Shown piece by piece: positions 1 to 10,659 of a stretch of 64,000 nt of DNA. A program made the translations under genes and the position numbers. The DNA comes from Acidobacteriota bacterium (GTDB lineage Bacteria; Acidobacteriota; UBA890; WLXD01). The number at the start of each line of letters is the position of its first letter. Positions within the stretch are counted from its first letter, which is position 1. The DNA lies in the NCBI GenBank assembly GCA_965248695.1, contig CBDFKD010000002.1, positions 4,032,001 through 4,096,000 on the forward strand, read 5' to 3'. The notes under the pieces are model-generated. The model saw only the letters and a program-made list of their open reading frames with translations. It was not told where the DNA came from and did no database searches.

Positions 1-681
1 GTCAGCGTCGGTTTGGAAGCTGTCCCGGGCGCTGGCCGTGACCGCTGGTACCGTTGCCGCTGCGTTCATCTCGATGCGCACTAGCAGGGTGCGCGAGGTG
101 TCGTAGTCGCCGACACCGATCCGGACTCCGCCTCGCGAGCGATCTCCGTACCAAACCGGAACCTCGACCATCCGCCGGCGGCCGCGACGCTCCCAGGCCT
201 CGGGCGGTTGCAGGACGGTGCGCGTGGTCCCGCTGACGAAAGACACGGCGCCCCGCGCCAGCGCTGCGCGCGTCGCACGCGGGAAGGCCAGCCGGACCCG
301 GCCGGGATCGGCGTCCGGGGCGACGATAAACACCGCCTCCAAACGGTCACCGTCGTGGGCAAACACCAGATCGACGCCAGGAAACATGTTGGCGTGCCGG
401 AGTCCGTCCATTCGCGGGAGCCATTGCGCCGGGTTCGCGCCCACCTCGAAACCCGGATCAGCCCACGGCAGATCCTCGAGGCTCTCCAGGAGAATCAGAT
501 CGAGTGATGATTTCGATCCGGACGACCGCCCGGAAGCTGTTGCTTCCTGCTGACCAGCCCACGCGGAGCTATGCGGCGAAGTCCGTGAGTGACCGGGTAC
601 GGCGAACGCGGCGAGCGTCACCACCACGGGAACTATGATCAGCCTGGATCGAAGACGCAAGGACACGGCGATCTTGTGCAA
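1..681 (-). CDS. Secreted protein with DUF7948-like domain (N-terminal domain of SBBP-repeat proteins); partial, runs off the left edge
   Basis: Manual translation: signal-like N-terminus, then 'HANMFPGVDLVFAHDGDRLEAVFIVAPDADPGRVRLAF...GVGDYDTSRTLLV'. Not in the ORF track because no stop lies in the window. Start codon uncertain. Confidence 0.6.
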   Translation of the reverse strand, partial: MHKIAVSLRLRSRLIIVPVVVTLAAFAVPGHSRTSPHSSAWAGQQEATASGRSSGSKSSLDLILLESLEDLPWADPGFEVGANPAQWLPRMDGLRHANMFPGVDLVFAHDGDRLEAVFIVAPDADPGRVRLAFPRATRAALARGAVSFVSGTTRTVLQPPEAWERRGRRRMVEVPVWYGDRSRGGVRIGVGDYDTSRTLLVRIEMNAAATVPAVTASARDSFQTDAD

Positions 682-755
682 CGGTGGGCGGATCGGGGGC
701 TGGACGCCCCAACGAGTAGCTGAACATAGTACGCCACCGGCTGACTGAACGATCC

Positions 756-787
756 GTCTTGACAGAGTCCAGAATTGGGAAGATGCT
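756..787 (+). promoter_or_regulatory. furA promoter with FurA-type operator overlapping the -35 (TTGACA 759-764)
   Basis: Imperfect palindrome TCTTGAC-AGA-GTCCAGA (757-773) resembling the actinobacterial furA autoregulatory box. ATG 795 lies near the expected +1, so the transcript may be leaderless. Confidence 0.65.
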
Positions 788-794
788 GAGATTC

Positions 795-1226
795 ATGACC
801 GACGACGCCCCAGCCGACTTGCTTCGCAGACACGGAGTCCAAGTCACGGCTCAGCGTCTAGCCGTCTTGCGGGCAGTGTCGACTCAACCGCACGGTACGG
901 CACACGACGTCGCTGAGGTCGTGCGGGCCGAAATCGGTGTCATCTCGCGCCAGACGGTGTACGACGCCCTCGGCATGCTGGCCGACGAGGGCCTCATCCG
1001 CCGCATTCAGCCCGCAGGGTCGCCTGCCCGCTATGAGGATCGCGTCGACGACAACCACCACCATCTCATCTGCCGCATCTGCGGACGGATGGTCGACGTC
1101 GACTGTGCGGTCGGCGCCACTCCCTGCCTGACCGCCGCCGCCGACTCGGGCTACGAGATCGACGAAGCGGAGGTGGTGTACTGGGGTCGCTGTCCCGAGT
1201 GCATCGAAGAGCAACCAACTATCTGA
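795..1226 (+). CDS. furA: Fur-family regulator (FurA/PerR-like)
   Basis: [19 protein letters not shown] and WGRCPEC motifs; immediately upstream of katG. Confidence 0.92.
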   Translation: MTDDAPADLLRRHGVQVTAQRLAVLRAVSTQPHGTAHDVAEVVRAEIGVISRQTVYDALGMLADEGLIRRIQPAGSPARYEDRVDDNHHHLICRICGRMVDVDCAVGATPCLTAAADSGYEIDEAEVVYWGRCPECIEEQPTI

Positions 1227-3440
<2,214 letters not shown>

Positions 3441-3470
3441 TCCGTCTACTGACGCGTCTCGCTTGGGCGC

Positions 3471-4028
3471 GTGTCGCGGATTCGAATAGGTGGCATCGTG
3501 GGAGTGAGGTCTGGCTCGCTTGCGGCTCTGCTCATCGGCGCGGTCGCCGCCGTGCTGTCGGGCGATGCGGGTGCGGCGAATCCCGACATCGAGTCGGGAC
3601 TGCAGGCTTTTCTCGCCGGCGAGATCGAACCGGACGTCGTGTCCATCACGTACTCGGACCTGCACGGCCTCCACGGCGGGCTAGAGCTCACGATCCGGGG
3701 CTCTGGCCGGACCGAGCAGCAGTCCCTGCGGAGCGAGGCCGGTGAGCCCGGCGAGCTGAGCGCCGGCGACGTCCATCGGCTAGTGCAGCTGCTGCTGGAG
3801 CTGCGGGCCTGGGAGCAGCGCACGCCCGACCGACCTGCGGTCCCCGACGAGAGCCGGGCAAGGCTACGGATCCAGGTCGGCGACGGCACCAGCGAGACAT
3901 GGGAGTGGTTCAACGAGATGGAGGCGAACCGGCGGTTGATCCGAGTCCGCGACTTGATGACCGATCTTGCCTGGGTTGACGCGGAAGGGTGGCCAACTGG
4001 TCTCAACTTGTCAGCACCGGGTTACTGA
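3471..4028 (+). CDS. Hypothetical exported protein whose C-terminus and stop come from an IS3 fragment
   Basis: Hydrophobic N-terminus; ends GLNLSAPGY*, versus the transposase end GLNNLLSAPSY*. Confidence 0.6.
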   Translation: MSRIRIGGIVGVRSGSLAALLIGAVAAVLSGDAGAANPDIESGLQAFLAGEIEPDVVSITYSDLHGLHGGLELTIRGSGRTEQQSLRSEAGEPGELSAGDVHRLVQLLLELRAWEQRTPDRPAVPDESRARLRIQVGDGTSETWEWFNEMEANRRLIRVRDLMTDLAWVDAEGWPTGLNLSAPGY

Positions 4029-4035
4029 GATAAGA
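4007..4035 (+). mobile_element. IS3 right-end subterminal remnant
   Basis: 28/29 nt match to 61979-62007. Confidence 0.75.
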
Positions 4036-4046
4036 GTTCCCAAGTC

Positions 4047-4859
4047 ATGGCTCAAGACGCAGTCAACCCAGCTCCGGCACCCCATAGGCCGCGAAGGCGA
4101 TCGGACCCCGTCTTGCCGATAGCGAGCGCTGCCGCCCTTGCCGCCCTGGGCGCCGTTTCGGCCGGTGCCGCCGGCCAAGCCGACACCCCACAGACCGGCC
4201 TCAGCGTCGAACGCGAGGTCTGCACGTGGCAGAGCGATGGGAAGAGGCTTGGCTGCGGTCCGGAATCCGAGGTCGACATGAAGCCGCCGGCCAGAGGCAT
4301 GCTGATCTATGAGCTCAATCGGTTCCCGAGCTCAGAGCCAACCGTCGAACAGCAAAGGGCTGCCGATGAGCTGCTGGTGAAGACCGTTGCCAGTGCCAAA
4401 TCACATGGCTGGCTGGACTTCCAGCAGGCCATAGCGGATGGCTTCGAGCCTATGCCCGGGGATCGCTCCCACTACATGAACGCCGACTTCATCAACGATG
4501 AGCAGGTGCTTGATCCGCAGCGCCCCGAGTTTCTGATGTATTCCGGCGAAGAGCTGGGCAAGAAACTGGTCGCTCTCATGTTCATCGTGAACAGCCCGGA
4601 GGATGAAGGACCACAGATAGGTGGCCCGCTGACACGCTGGCACTTCCATACCTGGTCACGGGTGCGGTGCTTCAGCGACGGCAGGGCTACGCACGTTCCG
4701 GCCCTCGCCAATGGAACGTGCGCTATCGGTACGCCTTCCTCCCGCGGGCCGCAGATGATGCACGTTTGGCTTCTGGATCATCCAGGCGGTCGGTTCGCGA
4801 CCAGAATGGGCATGCGCAGAGACGTAATGCGGCGGCTCCTCGCCGATCGGGGCTACTGA
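4047..4859 (+). CDS. Hypothetical exported His-motif protein
   Basis: Signal-like N-terminus; HYMN..LDPQRPEFLMY..GGPLTRWHFH..MMHVW pattern. Confidence 0.7.
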   Translation: MAQDAVNPAPAPHRPRRRSDPVLPIASAAALAALGAVSAGAAGQADTPQTGLSVEREVCTWQSDGKRLGCGPESEVDMKPPARGMLIYELNRFPSSEPTVEQQRAADELLVKTVASAKSHGWLDFQQAIADGFEPMPGDRSHYMNADFINDEQVLDPQRPEFLMYSGEELGKKLVALMFIVNSPEDEGPQIGGPLTRWHFHTWSRVRCFSDGRATHVPALANGTCAIGTPSSRGPQMMHVWLLDHPGGRFATRMGMRRDVMRRLLADRGY

Positions 4860-4910
4860 GAGCCGCCAGGCACAGACGCAGCCTGCGAGACGCGGCGAGA
4901 TCAGCGGGAA

Positions 4911-5378
4911 CTACTCGCTTTGGTATCGACCCTCGAACATCGGGGTCCAACGTTCGCCGTCGGTCGAGGTCTCCATGCGGGTTCGGATCACGCCCCGCTC
5001 AGAGAGGTCGTGGGTGAGGCGGGCGTGGCCCATCGAGTTGCGGCTCTGAACGGTGAGCACGTCGCCGTCCCATCCACCACGGAAGACTTCGAGACCCATG
5101 CCGATCGAGTCGAACCAGTAGAGCACGCACTCCTTCTCCTGATCGTTCGGATCGACCGTCCAAACGCCGTGGCCGGAGAACGTCGTTTGCCCGTCGCGCT
5201 CCTGCTCGTAGTCCGTGACTACGGCAAACCCTCCGAGCGTCACGCGGGCCGAGTTGCTGCCCTTGGCAACGCCTCCCTTCGGATCCCATTCCGACGGGAA
5301 CATCTGCTCTTCACCGGACCATTGTCCGGCGAGCCGGCCGAGGCTGACGTGGGCGTCTGTGGGCTGGGGCATCTCCAT
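4911..5378 (-). CDS. DUF1579-family protein
   Basis: MEMPQPTDAH..LAGQWSGEE..YWFDSIG..WTPMFEGRY; GGAGAG RBS upstream. Confidence 0.75.
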   Translation of the reverse strand: MEMPQPTDAHVSLGRLAGQWSGEEQMFPSEWDPKGGVAKGSNSARVTLGGFAVVTDYEQERDGQTTFSGHGVWTVDPNDQEKECVLYWFDSIGMGLEVFRGGWDGDVLTVQSRNSMGHARLTHDLSERGVIRTRMETSTDGERWTPMFEGRYQSE

Positions 5379-5464
5379 CGAAGCTCTCTCCGTTCGGAAG
5401 CGTGAACGTTGGCGGCTTCTCTCGACTGACTGGTGAGAGGAGCAGCTTCGACTAGGGTAGGCGG

Positions 5465-6526
5465 TCAGTCCGTCCGAACCCACACGTCGGGCCACATGTC
5501 GTTGCCGGTGTGGTGGGTCAGGCGCAACGCGGTCTCTGCCTCGGTGCCGATCTCCCAGAGGAAGATCTCGTAGTCGGCGCGGTCGTGCTCGTGCCCGGCG
5601 GCAGTGGCGCCCCAGACGAGCCACCGACCGTGAGGACCGACGCTCGGGAAGTACTCGTGAGCATGGCTCCCGTACAGGTCGATCAGCACTCGTTGATCAG
5701 AACCGTCGGTGGTGGCCTGCATCACCCGGGTGCCTCCCCCGCCGCTGGACTGGATCCACACGACGCCGCCGAGGCCCGGGGCCCATAGACCCTGGCACGA
5801 CTGGTGATTGTCGAGAACGTGCTCCTGAAACCCGGGAAGCTCGAAGATGCGAGTCACGCCGCCGGGAAACGCGGCAGTGATGCGGTCGGCGTCCGGGCTG
5901 ATATAGACCCCGCCGTAACGGATCTTCGGCAGCTCGTCGGGAAAGTCGAACAGCTTCTCGGTCGCCCCCGTCTCCACATCGACCCGGTACCCGGAGCGGT
6001 CGCGCATGTAGTGCACAGCGCGGCCATCGGTGCTCCAACCCGGTCGGTAACCCTCCTCTGCGAGGCGTCGCGCGCCGCCACCCACGGCATCCATGACCCA
6101 GATCTCCCAGCCGCTCGCCTCCCGCACTGACAGGAGGCGGGGACGGCTGCGCATGAAGGCGACGCGCTTGCCGTCGGGCGATATGCGGCCGTAGTAGTCG
6201 ACGTGGGGATGCTCGGTCAGCCGGCGGATCTGTCGCCCTGCAAGGTCCATCCGGTACAGCTCGTGATTGCCGTCGCGGTTGCTCGACCAGACGACAAAGC
6301 CGGTGACGCCTCCGACGAGGTCCTCGGCGTGCTGCTCGATGGAGACGGGTACGGGGAGCTCCTCGCCGCTGGGCGCCGCCACCAGCCGGCCACGGATCAG
6401 CACCGGCAGGTCGGTGAGGCGCGACGCCAGCGCAGCGGGTCCGCCGGCTGCGACCGTCGCCACTGCCATCGCCAGCACCACGACGATTGCAGATCCGACC
6501 CACCAACGACGTCGGCTCATTGCCAT
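5465..6526 (-). CDS. TolB-like/PD40-repeat beta-propeller protein
   Basis: WSSNRDGNHELY, ISPDGKRVAF and WSTDG repeats; N-terminal TM helix. Confidence 0.75.
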   Translation of the reverse strand: MAMSRRRWWVGSAIVVVLAMAVATVAAGGPAALASRLTDLPVLIRGRLVAAPSGEELPVPVSIEQHAEDLVGGVTGFVVWSSNRDGNHELYRMDLAGRQIRRLTEHPHVDYYGRISPDGKRVAFMRSRPRLLSVREASGWEIWVMDAVGGGARRLAEEGYRPGWSTDGRAVHYMRDRSGYRVDVETGATEKLFDFPDELPKIRYGGVYISPDADRITAAFPGGVTRIFELPGFQEHVLDNHQSCQGLWAPGLGGVVWIQSSGGGGTRVMQATTDGSDQRVLIDLYGSHAHEYFPSVGPHGRWLVWGATAAGHEHDRADYEIFLWEIGTEAETALRLTHHTGNDMWPDVWVRTD

Positions 6527-6692
6527 CTCTCGATTCTACGTTGTTTGGGGGTCGCGGCTCTTGGAGGCAAGACAGCAACAGCTATCGATCGTCAGGCCTC
6601 AAGCGCTATTTGTAATCGAGCGGCACGCGATCGGCTCCAGTCGGGATGGATGCCGACAGCCTCGGTGCCGGCCGCGACGCTGCTCGAGCGGG

Positions 6693-7961
6693 CTATCGCT
6701 GGGCAGCCGCGTTGGCCCGGGCGAATGTGTTCGCCAGCTCACGCGGGAGCGACGAGGCGCGAAGGAACGGACGCACGCCCGCGCCGAGTTCCCTCTCCGT
6801 AGCCAGGCTCTTGGCGAACGAGACGTTAGCCGTGGCCGCGATGGCGATCCCGTGCTCGGGAAGTATCACCAACGAGGTCGTCCCGCCGACCGAGCTGCCT
6901 TCGTGGCCGAACACCGTTGTCGGTTCGGATCCCGGCCCGATCGAGATCTCGCCCACGAACCAGCCGAGCCCGTACCCGGTCGATTCCCCGGACGCGAGCT
7001 CGAGCGCCGTTTGCAGCATCCCGAGCGTCTCGGCGCGCAACAGGCGTGCCTCGAGCATCGCAAGACCGAACCGCACGACGTCGGTCGGAGTAGACAGGAG
7101 TGCGCCCGCTCCCTGGATGCAGGTGTTTTCGGCGTCCTCTCGTATGGCGCTCTCGACGCCGTAGCTCGGATCCCGAGCTGCAGTCGGCCAATAGAAGCTC
7201 GTGCGCTCGGCTACGGGCCCCGGGTCATCGAGGATGGTGTCCCGCATCTCCAGCGGGTCGAGGACCTCGCGTTGCAGGAAGTCGAGAAACGGCTCGCCGG
7301 CGGCGGCTTCGACGACCGCGCCCACCAGCGTCCAGCCGTAGGGCGAGTACCGGTACCGGGTACCGGGCTCGAAGAGCAGCGGATCATCGGCGAAGAGCTG
7401 CAGCCCGTCGAGGGGGGTGTTGCAGTGGCGCCGCATGTAGATCGGCTCCTCGTCGTCGCTGTATTGGCGGACACCGGCGGTGTGTCCCATCAGCTGCCGC
7501 GTGGTGACGGGCCACTCCTTTTCGGGAAAGCTCGGCAGGTAGTTTCGCACCGGCGCGTCGAGATCGAGTAGGCCGCGCTCGTGCAGCAGTCCGGCCGCTG
7601 TGGCGGTCATCGGCATGGCGACGTTCCCAATGCGGAATCGGGTCTTCGGTGTCACCGGTCGCCGCGCGTCGATATCCGCGTAGCCGAAGCCCTCGGCCCA
7701 GACGACCTCTCCCGCCACGCCCACAGCGAGCGACAGGCCGGGCAGGTTCTCCTCGACCATGAGGTCGCGAACGAGAGGGCGTACCCACTCGACCGCATCG
7801 ATGTACATCGGGTCGGGTGGCTCGTCGGTGTGCGACGGTACCGACGAGGGGTCATCGCCGTGAGCGAATGTACAGGAGGCGAGGAGAGGTGTGGCCAGCA
7901 GGAGAATCGTGGCTGGCGGAAGCGAGAGGATGCAGCCGAGGCGAGTTGGCGAGTTCTTCAT
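6693..7961 (-). CDS. Class C beta-lactamase-fold serine hydrolase homolog lacking SxxK
   Basis: AEGFGYAD, LDLDAPV, LMGHTAG, FEPGTRYRYS and GHEG motifs; FRIGNVAM where FRIGSxxK is expected. Confidence 0.85.
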   Translation of the reverse strand: MKNSPTRLGCILSLPPATILLLATPLLASCTFAHGDDPSSVPSHTDEPPDPMYIDAVEWVRPLVRDLMVEENLPGLSLAVGVAGEVVWAEGFGYADIDARRPVTPKTRFRIGNVAMPMTATAAGLLHERGLLDLDAPVRNYLPSFPEKEWPVTTRQLMGHTAGVRQYSDDEEPIYMRRHCNTPLDGLQLFADDPLLFEPGTRYRYSPYGWTLVGAVVEAAAGEPFLDFLQREVLDPLEMRDTILDDPGPVAERTSFYWPTAARDPSYGVESAIREDAENTCIQGAGALLSTPTDVVRFGLAMLEARLLRAETLGMLQTALELASGESTGYGLGWFVGEISIGPGSEPTTVFGHEGSSVGGTTSLVILPEHGIAIAATANVSFAKSLATERELGAGVRPFLRASSLPRELANTFARANAAAQR

Positions 7962-7967
7962 GCAATG

Positions 7968-7986
7968 AACTTTGTCATTCAAAGTT
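7968..7986. promoter_or_regulatory. Palindromic operator within the promoter of 6693-7961
   Basis: AACTTTG-TCATT-CAAAGTT, overlapping TTGACG-17-CAAAGT on the minus strand. Confidence 0.55.
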
Positions 7987-8042
7987 AACGGCGTCAAGCA
8001 GAATCTCGGAACCGAAGGAAACCACGCGGCGGCTCGCCCAGG

Positions 8043-10313
8043 CTAGCGGCCTTCCACCACGCGCAACGGCATCAGTCGGACCGCCCGGCCCTCGGCGGCC
8101 GTATCCGCTACATACAGCTCGACCGTGTATTCGCCGGGGTCGAGATACGGCAGCGGCAGAACGCCGCTGTGCACGCTCAAACTCACGGGCCGCAATCCGT
8201 AAGCCGGGATATCGGCGATGGTCCTCATTGTTGCGGGATGGTAGATCGAGGCAGAAACGTAGGGGCTCGTCGCGCCGCGAACCTGAATGCTCGCGGAGAT
8301 CTGCATGCCCGCGGAAATGCTCTCGTCCAACAGGGGGGTGAGCCCGGCATCGGCGTCCACTACGCCGAGCATCGGATCCGCCATCGTCCACCCGTCGCTG
8401 GAGGGAACCCGCAACTCCAGCCTCGACGTGCCGAATCGGTCACCGCCGTCTTCAGCGATCAGCAGCCGGATATCGTAGGTTCCCGGCTCGACCGACCACT
8501 CCGTCGTGTACCGGAAGTGTCGGAACAGAGCATCGGGTGCGTACTCCGCCAGGTCGGCGCGTGGCAGAACGACGGTGTGAGTCTCGCCGCTGATCTCGCC
8601 CGCACGATTCACCGCGAGGGCATGCACGCGGAAGTACGGGATGCCCAGCACGTCGATCAGCTCGTCGGGGATATCCTCGGCGGGGTCGACTCCTGCGAAC
8701 GCGGGCGCCCAGCTACCGGTGATCGTCTCTGCGGGCCGCGGCAACGCGGCAACCAGTAGAATCTTGGGCGAGCCGTCGGGCTCAAAGCGGTGGAACGCGG
8801 CGGTGGGTACGGGGCGTCCCATGACTGAGCCCGGAAGCGCCAAGGCTGCGGCCACCCTGCGAGCCCTGAGCTGCGAATCCGGCAGCTCCCGATAGCCTGG
8901 CCGGGCGCGCACCTCCGCCTCCGGGTAGCTCACCTGCACCTCGATCTCGTGGTATCCGCCATCCTCGTGTGGTGCCGGTGGCTCATAGAAGATCAGGTAG
9001 AACTGTGTCGAGTCGTTGTACTGCTCCTCGAACGCTCGGTCGAGATCGCTCCAGCCGATGAAGGACCGTCCGCCGGTGTTGGCAGCTATGTCCACGAGCG
9101 GCACGGTGAGATCGCGATAGGCTTGCCGCACGTGGCGTCGTAGTGCGGTGGAGACCACGCCAGTGCCGACCGCGGCGCTGGTGCCGAGGTTGTTGATCTC
9201 CGAGATCGGGCGTGGATCGACCGTGTAAATGCTCACGTTGCCCGTGTTCGCCGTTTGGTACACCTCCTCCATCAAGTCGAGGACGCGCTGGCTCAGTGCC
9301 GATCTTTCCAGGGTCGAAGTGCCCGTCGGAGCGTCAACCGCCTCACGCACCGCTATTGCGAAAGCCGAGTAGGGCCCCCCGTCGGTGATCATCGCACCGG
9401 AGGAGATCCACACCAGGGCAGTGCGGCCTTCCATTGCCGACAGGGCGTTGATGAAGTGAAGAAGCGTCCGAAGTGTCTGCTCGGCGCGCCGGCGCTCGTG
9501 CGCGCCATCTAACCTGGCCTTTTGCTCGAGGCGGTCGAGAATCTGGAGCAACATGACCGGGACGAGATCGTTGGAACGCCGAGACGACGGCGAATCCTGC
9601 GCGTCGATCGCCAGCTGCATGAATGGCTGATACTCCTGCTCCATGCGGCTGAAGATAGACGTGCTCGTCGGCCCAGCCATGGCCACCGACGACGCCGCCT
9701 TGCGAAGCACTTCACGATCAGTCGTCAACGGGGCCATCTCCTGAACAGTGCCCGTGCTGTCGATCATGAACACGCTGCGCGGCACCTCCAGGTCACCCTC
9801 TCCTTCGAAGAGACTATCGAGAGAGTTGGATAGCCGCGGCTTGTTCCTTCGATCCAGGCTCGGCAAGTCGACCAGGTAGACCACAGCCCCGAGACTTGCA
9901 GGGCTTCGCCGGATGGGTGCAGGCTCGGCCGGCACCGCTGGCGCTTCCTCGCGCGCCGTGACTGTTTCGTCGTGAGAGGCCACGTTGGTGACCTCCGCTC
10001 TTGGCAGGCTGACGTACTGGACGTTCAAGATCTCTTGCTCGGCCCCATCCTCGAAGATCCGGAAGTCGTCCGCCTTCAAGTCGTCGATGAAGTTGCCGTC
10101 TCTGTCGGCAACGATGGCGTCGACGCGCACGCGCCTGACCGCCGACCGAAACATCGGCGTCTGTGCCGGAAGCGCCTCCTGAGCCAGCATCACGGAAGAC
10201 GCCGCACTCCAGCTCGCGCCGCCCACCGCGCCGGCACTCGCAACCGGTAGCCCGGTGACGGTCAACGCCAGGACGAAGCCGAAGAACCGAATTGCGTGCT
10301 CACGCTCTCTCAA
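8043..10313 (-). CDS. Acidobacterial VWA-related domain protein, copy 1
   Basis: FRSAVRRVRVDAIVADRDGNFIDDL, NVSIYTVDPR, ANTGG and VRARPGY motifs; paralog of 39202-41490. Confidence 0.85.
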   Translation of the reverse strand: MREREHAIRFFGFVLALTVTGLPVASAGAVGGASWSAASSVMLAQEALPAQTPMFRSAVRRVRVDAIVADRDGNFIDDLKADDFRIFEDGAEQEILNVQYVSLPRAEVTNVASHDETVTAREEAPAVPAEPAPIRRSPASLGAVVYLVDLPSLDRRNKPRLSNSLDSLFEGEGDLEVPRSVFMIDSTGTVQEMAPLTTDREVLRKAASSVAMAGPTSTSIFSRMEQEYQPFMQLAIDAQDSPSSRRSNDLVPVMLLQILDRLEQKARLDGAHERRRAEQTLRTLLHFINALSAMEGRTALVWISSGAMITDGGPYSAFAIAVREAVDAPTGTSTLERSALSQRVLDLMEEVYQTANTGNVSIYTVDPRPISEINNLGTSAAVGTGVVSTALRRHVRQAYRDLTVPLVDIAANTGGRSFIGWSDLDRAFEEQYNDSTQFYLIFYEPPAPHEDGGYHEIEVQVSYPEAEVRARPGYRELPDSQLRARRVAAALALPGSVMGRPVPTAAFHRFEPDGSPKILLVAALPRPAETITGSWAPAFAGVDPAEDIPDELIDVLGIPYFRVHALAVNRAGEISGETHTVVLPRADLAEYAPDALFRHFRYTTEWSVEPGTYDIRLLIAEDGGDRFGTSRLELRVPSSDGWTMADPMLGVVDADAGLTPLLDESISAGMQISASIQVRGATSPYVSASIYHPATMRTIADIPAYGLRPVSLSVHSGVLPLPYLDPGEYTVELYVADTAAEGRAVRLMPLRVVEGR

Positions 10314-10468
10314 CGAAGGATCTCCCGCGCCCAAGGGCGCCTCACGCGTCACCGCAAACTTGCCCGCTGGCGGCGCCGGTTCAACCGCCAGGCGAATCGT
10401 TGACTACGAATCTTCGTATGAGTGCCACCTAGGAACAACCGGGGGACACTTGGCCGATTCTCTCAGAT

Positions 10469-10548
10469 GCCGGCCGCGTTCCGCTGCACCGATTCCCACA
10501 ATCTCTTGGCAGCACCGATTCTATGAGTTACGAAGTGGCCTCAACACT
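10469..10548 (+). mobile_element. Degenerate IS3 right-end remnant (57210-58481 type), terminal IR missing
   Basis: 10498-10540 matches the reverse complement of 57230-57272 at 41/43, with weaker flanking similarity. Confidence 0.8.
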
Positions 10549-10659
10549 CAAGCCCCCGGGAGACAGGGATGAAGAAGGGCGCGTGGAATCGGTACAGCGT
10601 TGGGAGTCAATGAGGCGGCAACTCGAGCCATCGGGCTGCGGCGTCACCGGGGAGGACCC

